From contig OZ253665.1 in assembly GCA_965263295.1 (NCBI GenBank), positions 32,001 through 96,000 of the forward strand: a DNA stretch of 64,000 nucleotides. The letters run 5' to 3'. The stretch comes from Spirochaetia bacterium (GTDB taxonomy: Bacteria > Spirochaetota > Spirochaetia > SP-2023). This document shows positions 18,643 through 27,829 of this stretch, piece by piece; the stretch's first letter is position 1, and every line of letters begins with the position of its first letter. The position numbers and the translations under genes were made by a program. The notes under the pieces are model-generated. The model saw only the letters and a list, made by a program, of their open reading frames with translations. It was not told the origin of the DNA and did no database searches.

Positions 18643-20226
18643 ATGGATAAGAATCAAGACAATTTGGATTTAGCGATGCTGATTGAAAACGGCGCGTCTG
18701 AAGGCGAGGTTCAGGCGGACGCTTTGGCCGATAAAATGGATATACCGCCAGACGGCGCAGAGAAGACCCGGGGCGTTGTCCGTTCGTTTATTCGCTCATA
18801 CAAGAATAAGTCTCCTGAGCTATCGAATAGGGAATGGCTTGCTAGTGAATTTTCCAAATATCCGGAAATTTGGCTTGATCAGAGTGAATTGACCCAAACT
18901 GTGGGGGAAGTGGTTGGGCAAGTGGAGCTCTTTGATGCCTCAAATCAGGAACTCGCAGAACATCATCACAAAGGGCTGAGTACAAATAATTGGCTTGCGA
19001 AAAAAATTGAACAGGGGGCATCGGCAAGTGGTGTCACCAATTTGGGAGCTTATGCCGGAGAAATTGATGGGGCGATTGAAACAGCCAACAAGGCGAATGT
19101 CGACTTGCTGTATCGCAATGATGGTCAACTGAATCAACAGTACAACCTGGATGGTTTCATTGCCGAACAGCATCATGCCGATACTTTCAATTTAGATGCG
19201 GCGGCCAAAGGCAGTGGATACCGGGCAGAGGTTTTGCAACCGAAACCTGGCGAGCCGTATGGAAAAAATTCAGTGGATATTGTTGTTCGGAATGGGGATG
19301 GCAAAATTGTCCGTCGCTACCAGTCTAAGTATGGTAAAGATGCCGATGCCACGGATGCGATGTTAAAACAAGGTGATTATCGCGGGCAGCGCAAGCTGGT
19401 TCCTAAAGGGCAGTCCGAAGATATTGCCGGCAGCACCGAGAAAATTGAAATTGATGGCGTGGAGTCGCAGCCGCTTTCCAAGCATGAAGCCAAAGAGTGG
19501 CAACGCAAAGCGCAGGAAAAAGCCGAGGCCAGGCAATATGACTGGAATCAAACCAGCAGAATAGATATCGCCAAGAATATCGGCAAAAAAGCCGGCGCGA
19601 CCGCGCTGCTATCTGTGGGCTTCCAAGGCGCCCGCATTCTCGGCCGGCGGATATGGAACAAAATCAAGGGAAAAGAAAATAAGAGCGTAGAAGAGGATCT
19701 CCAAGAGTTTGTCGGGAGTTCAATTAAATCCGCGGCGACGTCCGGCCTGACGGTTGCGGTCACAGGAGGCTTGACGGTTGCGGTAAAAAGCGGTTGGCTG
19801 GGCAAAGTCCTGAAAGCGACTCCGGCGGGCAGGATTGCGAATGCCGTTTGCCTGGGGATTGAAAATGTCAAAATCCTCTACAAATATGCAACGGGCGAGC
19901 TGAGCAGAGAAGAAGCCCTCAATCAAGCAAGCAGCGCCACATGCAGCCTCGTCGGCGGTCTAGCTGGCGGCGCGAAGGGGGCGAGTGTCGGGGCCGCAGT
20001 CGGGACCGCACTGGGACCGGTTGGCACTGCAATTGGCGGCGTGGTCGGTGGCGTGGTCGGCGGAATCGCGGGAAGTAGCGTCGGCCAAGCGATACACGAA
20101 GGTGGCAAAAAAATTGTTACCGCCGTTGTTGAAAAGGTTAAGTCCGTTGGAACCGCGATCTACAGCGGTGTAAAATCAATTTTCAGTGGCGTAAAATCAC
20201 GTGTAAAATCAATATTGGGGTTTTAG
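18643..20226 (+). CDS. Uncharacterised protein with a central PD-(D/E)xK-like motif set and a C-terminal glycine zipper
   Basis: GFIAE...SVDIVV...YQSKY in the middle; GxxxG-rich hydrophobic C-terminus (GAAVGTALGPVGTAIGGVVGGVVGGIAG); strong RBS. Confidence 0.7.
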   Translation: MDKNQDNLDLAMLIENGASEGEVQADALADKMDIPPDGAEKTRGVVRSFIRSYKNKSPELSNREWLASEFSKYPEIWLDQSELTQTVGEVVGQVELFDASNQELAEHHHKGLSTNNWLAKKIEQGASASGVTNLGAYAGEIDGAIETANKANVDLLYRNDGQLNQQYNLDGFIAEQHHADTFNLDAAAKGSGYRAEVLQPKPGEPYGKNSVDIVVRNGDGKIVRRYQSKYGKDADATDAMLKQGDYRGQRKLVPKGQSEDIAGSTEKIEIDGVESQPLSKHEAKEWQRKAQEKAEARQYDWNQTSRIDIAKNIGKKAGATALLSVGFQGARILGRRIWNKIKGKENKSVEEDLQEFVGSSIKSAATSGLTVAVTGGLTVAVKSGWLGKVLKATPAGRIANAVCLGIENVKILYKYATGELSREEALNQASSATCSLVGGLAGGAKGASVGAAVGTALGPVGTAIGGVVGGVVGGIAGSSVGQAIHEGGKKIVTAVVEKVKSVGTAIYSGVKSIFSGVKSRVKSILGF

Positions 20227-20228
20227 GT

Positions 20229-22247
20229 ATGGATTCTAAAAGAATTGTTGAAAAAATTCGTTCTGGTGTCTCAGGCCTCCATATACAGTCTGGCGATTAC
20301 AAACGTGTCGATAAAGTGATTGGATCAATCGCCACCGAATTAGATTTTAGGGTCTCCGAGTGGAATAGGGGATACGGGTGGGTCGATTTTAAGACCAAGC
20401 AGCCGCGCGATTCTAATGCCGAGGTATGCCTTTATAAAGACTTGCAAGCCATTGCCGATGACGACCCCTCTACCCCTAGGGGAAAAATTTATGTCATTCA
20501 AGATGCCCGCTCCGCGTTGGAAAACAGCCCTGGGGCTCCCGAACGTCTGAAACGGGAATTATTGCGACTCCAGACTCATTTCGGGGGGCATGCAGCGATT
20601 CTTCTGGTCGCCAAAGAAGGCATTAGTTTTCCAGCATTTTCCGATCTGATCAAGACCTTTCCTTGCCCCCCGCTCGCATCTGATGAGGTCAAAGCAATTC
20701 TGACTGCATTTCAGGCCGAGAACGATATTTCAATGGCTCCTGCGGTAAAAAACAAACTCATATCCACCTGCTCGGGCATGGAAGAGTATATGGTGCTTCA
20801 GGTCCTGAAAATTTTAAAGAACAACCATGGCCAGTCCTTCGCCGAAGGAGCGGTAGATGATGCTGTAAATCAAAAAAAGTCCTTCCTGTCACAGTCCGGG
20901 CTGCTTGAGCTGATTGATGCGCCAATCAACATGGCTGGAATTGGCGGTTTGGGCCGGTTTAAAAGGTGGTTGCGGGACAAGAAGAAGCCCATCATGGATG
21001 ATTTGTCCCAGGCACAAGAATATGGCATCGCCGCCCCGAAAGGCGTCCTGTTGGCCGGTATGCCCGGATGCGGGAAATCAATGAGTGCCAAGGCTGCGGC
21101 GTCACTATTCAATGTCCCCCTGCTGCGCTTGGACGTTGGATCTGTAATGGGAAAATTTGTCGGCGAAAGTGAAGCCAACATGAAGGCGGCACTTCAAGTG
21201 GCAGAAACAGCGAGCCCCTGTGTGTTATGGATGGATGAACTTGAGAAGGCCTTTGCCGGGGTCAATAGTTCTGGCGGCAGCACGGAGATAACCACGCGAC
21301 TTTTTGGTTATTTTCTGACGTGGATGCAGGAGAAGCCGGGAGCCGTCTTTGTGGTGGCCACAGTGAATGATCTTAGCTCTACACCTCCTGAATTATTGAG
21401 GCGTGGGCGTTTTGATGAGATTTTTTATATTGATCTGCCTGCTGAGTTTGAGCGTGAGGAGATTTTTGAATTAAAGATTAAGGGACTATCCACCAAATCT
21501 AAAGCTGCTGTCAACGTTTCCCAAAACCTGGATTTTGCCGCATTGGCCGAAAACAGCGAAGGTTTCTCCGGGGCGGATATTGAACAAGTTATCCAAGGTG
21601 CCTTGACAGACCTGTTTCTGCAGCGTAATTCATCGGAGGAAAATCTAGAGTTGACCCAGGCGGATCTCGCGCGACACATTCAGTCGACCACCCCGATGAG
21701 CGTGGCTCTCAAAGACAAGGTTCAAAGCGACAGAAAAAATTTTGAGGGTTATAAACTTGAAAATGCTTCATTTTCGGAGGAAGAGCACCGTAAATTTCAG
21801 TCCACCCAACCCATGGGTGTGGTTGTCAAAGACAAGATTCAAATTGGCAAAGAACAGTCTGAGCAATATAAAGAACAGCCTAAGCAATATAAAATTAAAA
21901 GGTTTGAAGAAACATTTAGAGAATTTTACATGTCTTACCAACATCTAATATTTAACCGTAATCGCCTAAAATTTTATTCAAATTTAAGCGATAACGAACG
22001 TGAAGAATATAAAGAAGACTTTGAAGGATATAAAGAAGACTTTGAAGAATATAAAGAACACTTTGAAAAATTCAAGAACATTAGATACTTAGATAGTTTT
22101 TTTACAAGAAAATATGAAAGATTTTTGGAAGGCTTTCAAAAATTGAAAAGAACTGAATTATTTAAATCAGAAAATTTTAAAGAATTATTTGAAGAGCTTG
22201 AAGAAATATTTACCATCTTGGGTGATATATATGCTATTGTGAGCTAA
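20229..22247 (+). CDS. Ycf46-like AAA+ ATPase with a low-complexity C-terminal tail
   Basis: Walker A GMPGCGKS, pore loop KFVGESE, Walker B WMDELEK, SRH PPELLRRGRFDEIFYIDLP, GFSGADIE. Confidence 0.88.
   Translation: MDSKRIVEKIRSGVSGLHIQSGDYKRVDKVIGSIATELDFRVSEWNRGYGWVDFKTKQPRDSNAEVCLYKDLQAIADDDPSTPRGKIYVIQDARSALENSPGAPERLKRELLRLQTHFGGHAAILLVAKEGISFPAFSDLIKTFPCPPLASDEVKAILTAFQAENDISMAPAVKNKLISTCSGMEEYMVLQVLKILKNNHGQSFAEGAVDDAVNQKKSFLSQSGLLELIDAPINMAGIGGLGRFKRWLRDKKKPIMDDLSQAQEYGIAAPKGVLLAGMPGCGKSMSAKAAASLFNVPLLRLDVGSVMGKFVGESEANMKAALQVAETASPCVLWMDELEKAFAGVNSSGGSTEITTRLFGYFLTWMQEKPGAVFVVATVNDLSSTPPELLRRGRFDEIFYIDLPAEFEREEIFELKIKGLSTKSKAAVNVSQNLDFAALAENSEGFSGADIEQVIQGALTDLFLQRNSSEENLELTQADLARHIQSTTPMSVALKDKVQSDRKNFEGYKLENASFSEEEHRKFQSTQPMGVVVKDKIQIGKEQSEQYKEQPKQYKIKRFEETFREFYMSYQHLIFNRNRLKFYSNLSDNEREEYKEDFEGYKEDFEEYKEHFEKFKNIRYLDSFFTRKYERFLEGFQKLKRTELFKSENFKELFEELEEIFTILGDIYAIVS
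22001..22063 (+). repeat. 3 x 21-bp tandem repeat in the AAA ATPase tail
   Basis: tgaagaatataaagaagactt / tgaaggatataaagaagactt / tgaagaatataaagaacactt (EEYKEDF heptads). Confidence 0.9.
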
Positions 22248-22487
22248 TATTTTGAGAGGTATTAGGAACAGGAAATCCTTATGCCGGAATCCGCGCTGCG
22301 GAAATACCCGTGCCGGTGGCTTGAGGGGGGGGGGGCTGGATTTCAAGGGACTGCGGCTCCCCAACAAGACCGCGATTACAAATACCTTGCGGCCCGGCGG
22401 CCAAATTTTGAATATAGGGGATTGTCGCTTTTTTCTTTGGGCACGGGAAAGCGTTACACGAGTGGGCGACGATACAGGAGATTTAGC

Positions 22488-23579
22488 ATGGGAAAAGACA
22501 AAAACATTTCCATAAAGTTAAGAAAAATATCCATTGAGAACTACAAAGGCATTGATTCCTTCTCAATGGATTTTCCGGTGCCTAAGCTGCCTGGAGACCC
22601 TGATATACTGATTATGGGAAGTGAAAATGGTTTAGGGAAAACATCGATTATTGAGTGCTGCGCTCTTCTTTTGATGTGTCTGAGTATAAAGGAAAAAACT
22701 TTTGAGTTGAGGGATAGGTATCTTCCAATTGATGTCCCAGATCTGCTCATTAGGGCGGGAAGCAATGCCGCTGGGATAACGGGTGATATCGTTATTGATG
22801 ACAAAATTATAAAGATTGGGATATCAATTGATCGAGATGGGGTGGTCAAAATAAATAAAAATATCCCAAAATCGAAATCTTCTGAGACTTCTCTCATTGA
22901 TGAAGATAGTGATGTTGAGGAATTGCTGAAAGTGATCTGTGGCTTTTCGCTCAACCCGGTTATTGAGAATTCATTTCTGCTTTTCCACAGCTACCGTAAA
23001 GTTCAGGAAGGTAACCCTGAGTTGGGCATGATGGTCAGTGACACTGAGTCTAGAAAAATGCGTAGAATGCTGGCATACCGTCGTATGGAAATGCCTTTGA
23101 GTAAATTTAAAATTCTTTTTCTTCGCTCATTGATGAACCGAGCTGATCTCTTTGAATTTTCCGAGGAAAAAGAATCGAAGGAAACCATCGATAAATTGAA
23201 CGAGTTGGTGGAATTCTACGCTGGCGGAAGAATCAGCAAGTTGCGACCGTCGCCAGAAAATACGTTGGATTTTAGAATTAAACTTGGTAATGCCAGTCAC
23301 TCCGTTACATTTGATGGACTCAGCTCCGGCCAGAAGGAGATTATTTCAACACTATTTCTTATTTGGTATCAAACCAAGAACAAACATTCGGTCGTGTTTA
23401 TTGATGAACCCGAGCTGCACCTGAATGCTCAGTGGCACAGAAATTTTGTAAACATGCTGATTAAGCTGGCACCTGAAAATCAGTATGTTTTTGCTACGCA
23501 TTCCGAAGATATTATGGATTCTGTTGCAGAGAATTGCCGTATTATCCTCGTGAAAGATAAGGGGAACAGCAATGCTTAA
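22488..23579 (+). CDS. ABC-type (AAA_15/AAA_21, OLD-like) ATPase; AriA-like
   Basis: KISIENYKGI, Walker A GSENGLGKT, signature LSSGQK, Walker B FIDEPELHL, ATHS; AGGAG RBS before ATG 22488. Confidence 0.85.
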   Translation: MGKDKNISIKLRKISIENYKGIDSFSMDFPVPKLPGDPDILIMGSENGLGKTSIIECCALLLMCLSIKEKTFELRDRYLPIDVPDLLIRAGSNAAGITGDIVIDDKIIKIGISIDRDGVVKINKNIPKSKSSETSLIDEDSDVEELLKVICGFSLNPVIENSFLLFHSYRKVQEGNPELGMMVSDTESRKMRRMLAYRRMEMPLSKFKILFLRSLMNRADLFEFSEEKESKETIDKLNELVEFYAGGRISKLRPSPENTLDFRIKLGNASHSVTFDGLSSGQKEIISTLFLIWYQTKNKHSVVFIDEPELHLNAQWHRNFVNMLIKLAPENQYVFATHSEDIMDSVAENCRIILVKDKGNSNA

Positions 23580-24476
23580 GGCAAGAAACCCATTTCTCCT
23601 GAAGAGGTTTGTTTTGCCAGTCAGCACGTATTGTTTGTAGAGGGGGACGAAAAATCTTTTGATTGTAAGGTGCTGGAAGAGCTTTTTGACCGTAAACTCC
23701 GCATTGAACCTCTTGGGGCATCTTTTTCTGTTAAAAGCGTGGCACAAGCCTTATCTACTTACCACCCGTCTTATTATTTCCTGATTGATAGAGACCATCA
23801 GAAAGATGAAGATGTCGAGAAATGTTGGAAAAATTTTCCCAATCTAGATACGTACAACCTTCTTGTCTGGAAGCGTAGAGAAATCGAGAACTATTTTTTG
23901 GAACCAGATTATCTCTCTGAATCGCAATATTGTGAGGTCTCAAAAGAAGAGCTGAAACAAAAGATTCTTAAATTTTCAAAGGCCAGAATATTTCTGGATG
24001 CTGCCAACCATGTTCTTATTTCCATCAGAGAAGAATTGAAACAGACTTGGATTAAAAAGTTTAAAAATCCCCATGATTTTTCGAGCAAAAAAGCCGCATG
24101 GAAAAAACTGAAAGATGCCAGTGAATTTGAACAACACGTTGCGGATGTACACCGACAGGTTTCGCTTGATGAACGTAAAAAAAGATTCGATCAGTACCTT
24201 GATCACATGACCGGTGGACAGTGTCAAATATCCTTTGGGACTGGATCATGGCTAAGCCTGATTCAGGGAAAAGAGGTTTTAAACCAAATTATCAATTCGG
24301 AATGTTTTAAGGTTAAGGCTAACGACGGTACTCAATTAGACGGTAAAGATAAAAAGAAGACTGTCATCCAGGACCTTCTTAAGAAAGATGAGAGTATCCT
24401 TCCTTCTGACTTTAATGAGCTAAAAAAACTGATTAATATTAAAGTAAACGGTGGAATTAAACGAACAAGTCTATGA
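23572..24476 (+). CDS. TOPRIM/DUF4435-like nuclease (AriB-like); start region frameshifted or ambiguous
   Basis: FVEG (catalytic Glu), IDRD (DxD), REIENY; ATG 23572 is out of frame with the ISPEEV..HVLFVEG body by one base. Confidence 0.7.
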
Positions 24477-24531
24477 CTACGTCATCACCGATTCGAAAAC
24501 CGAACGCCGCTTTGTTCAGGCGCTCGACAAC
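24463..24531 (+). pseudogene. Short fragment resembling the C-terminal nuclease region of a Type III restriction (Res) subunit
   Basis: Translates to QVYDYVITDSKTERRFVQALD; recognised from memory only. Confidence 0.5.
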
Positions 24532-24723
24532 TTTTCTGGGGCAGCCCTGTCCACAGTCGGTTCTGCAATTGACCGCAGACGCACGCTGATTGGTCAGCTG
24601 CAGGAACTTCGTTTCAATTCCTCTGAAGGACTCCCAGCCGCCAAACGCATCCTGCCATTCACACCACGGGGCATTCTGTCTCGGGTGCTCTTCCAAAAAT
24701 TGCCACAGCCGGGTTTCACTCAC
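24520..24723 (-). pseudogene. 5' fragment of a prophage/ICE hypothetical gene
   Basis: GGAGG RBS + GTG; LWQFLEEHP...C..DC..GCPRKVVE, then collides with the Res fragment on the other strand. Confidence 0.45.
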
Positions 24724-24754
24724 CGTCGTCCTCCGCGCCGGAAATAACAAATCC

Positions 24755-25365
24755 ACGGCGAATCAGCCACTCTTCCAGAATTTCGGCATCATCATCGGCA
24801 CTCACAACGGCACCATCTACAACGCCGATTACCTGTTCCGCAGGCCCGGCCTGCCGCGCTATGCCGAGGTGGACAGCGAGCTGTTTTTCCGGCTGGCCGA
24901 CCGCTTTGCACCCGACGGAACCATCGACGGCAGAGGCTTCCGCAAAGCCCTGCGCCTGTATCGCGGCCAAATGAGCGCCGTGTTGGCCTCACGACTCGAT
25001 CCCGTGGCCATCACCGTCATCAAGGGGAACAAACCGCTGTCGCTGCGTTACAGCCGCAAACACCGGGCGGTGCTCTACGCCTCGGAACCGGAATATATTG
25101 ATTGGGGATTGCAGATTGGCGATTGCGGATTTGAAGACATAGCTGCAGTCCGAAGCTCACACGCCCAAACCGCCCATTCTAAAAATCCACAGTCCGAAAT
25201 CCAAAATCCGATCTGGATGACCTGCGTGGCTGGCGCGAGCTGGAAATTCCGCCGCTCACCATCCTGACTTTCCGCCATGAAGCCCTCAAGGAATGGCAGA
25301 GCCATCCCTTCAGATTTGTCTGTCAGGAACGTAAAGGAACCTTACCCGAAGAAGTGAAAGCATGA
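24755..25365 (+). pseudogene. Class II glutamine amidotransferase fragment (phage amidoligase module), 5'-truncated and interrupted
   Basis: GTHNGTIYN, VDSE, KGNKPL, YASE motifs; the C-terminus (GWRELEIPP...EEVKA*) resumes in another frame after an insertion. Confidence 0.7.
25104..25211. repeat. Miniature insertion bounded by inverted arrays of 7-bp repeats
   Basis: ggggatt gcagatt ggcgatt gcggatt ... aatccac agtccga aatccaa aatccga. Confidence 0.75.
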
Positions 25366-25791
25366 AAAACAACGACAACCAACTCCGGCTTTTTGTCTAT
25401 GGAACCCTGAAAAAGGGATTCTGGAACTTTGACCGGTTCTGCACCCGGGCCATCAGTATTGAACCAGCCACCACTTGGGGAAGACTCTACCAGCTGCCCG
25501 CCGGATTCCCCGCCTTGGAAGTCCCGGAGCGCTCAATAATAGCCACCGGTATCGCCGATCCGCTGGCCGCTGGCCGATACCCGAACCCAGAACACCATCG
25601 AGCTACCCCAAAATGGAATGACCCGCCCGGAAGGCGATTGCGATCTGGTCCACGGGGAACTAATGACCTTCGCCAATCCCGGCTTCGACCTGCCGCCTAT
25701 CGATCGGTGGACATACCATGGCTTCGACCATATCCTCCGAGGCAGTTTGCGCCTTCCCGATGGGTACTGGGATGGCAATAAATTCGGCTAA
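25362..25791 (+). pseudogene. Gamma-glutamylcyclotransferase (AIG2-like), frameshifted
   Basis: LFVYGTLKKG motif; a 7-bp duplication cgctggc x2 at 25561-25574 shifts the frame; the other frame reads VHGELMTF..PPIDR..WTY to a stop at 25791. Confidence 0.75.
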
Positions 25792-25953
25792 ACTCGGTTA
25801 AATCAGGAAAGAAAACTTGATTTTTTCATTTCATCTATATATCTTTATCCCTGTTTAACCTAATGTAGCCGGATTGTGCCGCTATGGGATGCCGTCCGGT
25901 TAAATAACTTGACGAGCCGTTTGGACGGCTCTCAAAGAATGATGGAGTCGAAA

Positions 25954-26202
25954 ATGGAAGACAGATGGTTGTCCGTAGATGAAATTGGAGACTATCTCGG
26001 GATCAAGCGAGATACCGTCTATAAGTGGATAAGCGAGAAAGGCATGCCCGCTCATAAAATCGGTCGTCTTTGGAAATTCAAAAAGGAACAGATCGATGCA
26101 TGGGTGGAAGCTGGCGGCGCAGCAACAGGAACAACAGAAGATCAGGCAGAGACGATGCCGGTGAAAAAGAATTTAAAGCAGTCTGGAGGCGATAATGAGT
26201 AA
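25954..26202 (+). CDS. Excisionase-family HTH DNA-binding protein
   Basis: [22 protein letters not shown]...[12 protein letters not shown] (HTH_17); overlaps the hsdM start. Confidence 0.88.
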   Translation: MEDRWLSVDEIGDYLGIKRDTVYKWISEKGMPAHKIGRLWKFKKEQIDAWVEAGGAATGTTEDQAETMPVKKNLKQSGGDNE

Positions 26203-27829
26203 CAACAACACCGGTGCAAATCTCGGATTTGAAGATAAACTTTGGATGGCGGCTGACAAGCTGCGCGGCACAATGGACTCCGCAGAGTACAAACATGTGG
26301 TGCTCGGTCTGATCTTTTTGAAATATATCTCCGACTCTTTTCTCGAAAAATACGAAGCATTGCAGGCTGAAGAATTCGCTGATCCGGAAGACCGTGATGA
26401 ATATCTGGCGGACAACGTGTTCTGGGTTCCTACGGAAGCTCGCTGGAGCTTCTTGCAAGGCAAGGCCAAAGACCCGAAGATCGGCCAGCTGATCGATGAG
26501 GCCATGATGGCTATTGAGCGGGACAACAAAACGCTCAAAGGCGTTCTGCCTAAAGACTATGCTCGGCCTGCGCTCGATAAATCCCGCCTTGGACAATTGA
26601 TAGATTTGATTGCCACTATCGGCCTTGGTGATGCCGAGAGCAGAAAGAAAGATATTCTGGGTCGTGTGTATGAATACTTTCTCGCCAAGTTTGCTGAAAA
26701 AGAAGGCAAAGGCGGTGGTGAATTCTATACGCCGCAGTGTGTGGTAAAGCTGTTGGTTGAAATGCTGGAGCCTTACAGCGGCCGAGTCTATGACCCGTGC
26801 TGCGGTTCAGGCGGTATGTTTGTTCAGGCCATTAAGTTTGTACAGGCCCATTCCAACGGAAACGGCAATGGTAACGGTGTTCCCAATGGCGTGAAGCGGG
26901 ATATCGCCATTTACGGGCAGGAATCCAACTACACTACCTTCCGTCTGGCCAAGATGAATATGGCCATTCGCGGCATTGATGCCCACATCGAATGGGCTGA
27001 TACGTTCCAGAACGACAAACACAAGGATCTCAAAGCCGACTACATCATTGCCAATCCGCCGTTCAATGATGAGGACTGGGGATTCTCCAAGGTAAAAGAA
27101 GATGTCCGCTGGGCATTCGGCACCCCTCCAGCAGGCGGCCCCCGTAAGCAGAAGGACGGCTCAACCATCAACGTGGATGGTGGCAACGCCAACTATGCGT
27201 GGATTCAACATTTTGTTCACCACCTTAGCCCCGGAGGAACAGCCGGTTTTGTTCTGGCCAACGGCTCCATGTCCACAAACACTTCCGGCGAAGGTGAAAT
27301 CCGCCAGAAACTGATCGAAGCCGACATGGTCGATTGCATGATCGCGCTGCCCGGCCAGCTCTTCTACACCACGCAGATTCCGGTATGCCTCTGGTTCATG
27401 ACCCGCTCCAAGAAAGTCGATGCCAAACGCGGATATCGCGACCGGCAAGGTGAAACCCTCTTTATCGACGCTCGTAAAATGGGTTCATTGATCGACCGGA
27501 CACATCGCGAACTTTCTTCTGACGGCCCGGAGAGTGAAATTGCTGAAATCGCTCGCACCTACCACGCTTGGCGTGGTGAGAAAAAAGACGGCGACTATGA
27601 AGATAAGCCAGGTTTCTGTAAATCCGCCACTTTGGATGATATTAAGTCCCATCACTATGTACTGACTCCCGGCCGTTATGTCGGAGCAGAAGCCATTGTG
27701 GATGACGGGATTCCTTTTGAAGAAAAAATAGCTGAGCTTTCCGACACCCTTTACGAGCAGATGCGAGAATCCATTGAACTGGATGCGGTGATTCGAAAGA
27801 ATCTGGAGGTGCTGGGCTATGGAGAATAA
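26195..27829 (+). CDS. hsdM: Type I R-M methyltransferase subunit
   Basis: [33 protein letters not shown]. Confidence 0.96.
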   Translation: MSNNNTGANLGFEDKLWMAADKLRGTMDSAEYKHVVLGLIFLKYISDSFLEKYEALQAEEFADPEDRDEYLADNVFWVPTEARWSFLQGKAKDPKIGQLIDEAMMAIERDNKTLKGVLPKDYARPALDKSRLGQLIDLIATIGLGDAESRKKDILGRVYEYFLAKFAEKEGKGGGEFYTPQCVVKLLVEMLEPYSGRVYDPCCGSGGMFVQAIKFVQAHSNGNGNGNGVPNGVKRDIAIYGQESNYTTFRLAKMNMAIRGIDAHIEWADTFQNDKHKDLKADYIIANPPFNDEDWGFSKVKEDVRWAFGTPPAGGPRKQKDGSTINVDGGNANYAWIQHFVHHLSPGGTAGFVLANGSMSTNTSGEGEIRQKLIEADMVDCMIALPGQLFYTTQIPVCLWFMTRSKKVDAKRGYRDRQGETLFIDARKMGSLIDRTHRELSSDGPESEIAEIARTYHAWRGEKKDGDYEDKPGFCKSATLDDIKSHHYVLTPGRYVGAEAIVDDGIPFEEKIAELSDTLYEQMRESIELDAVIRKNLEVLGYGE

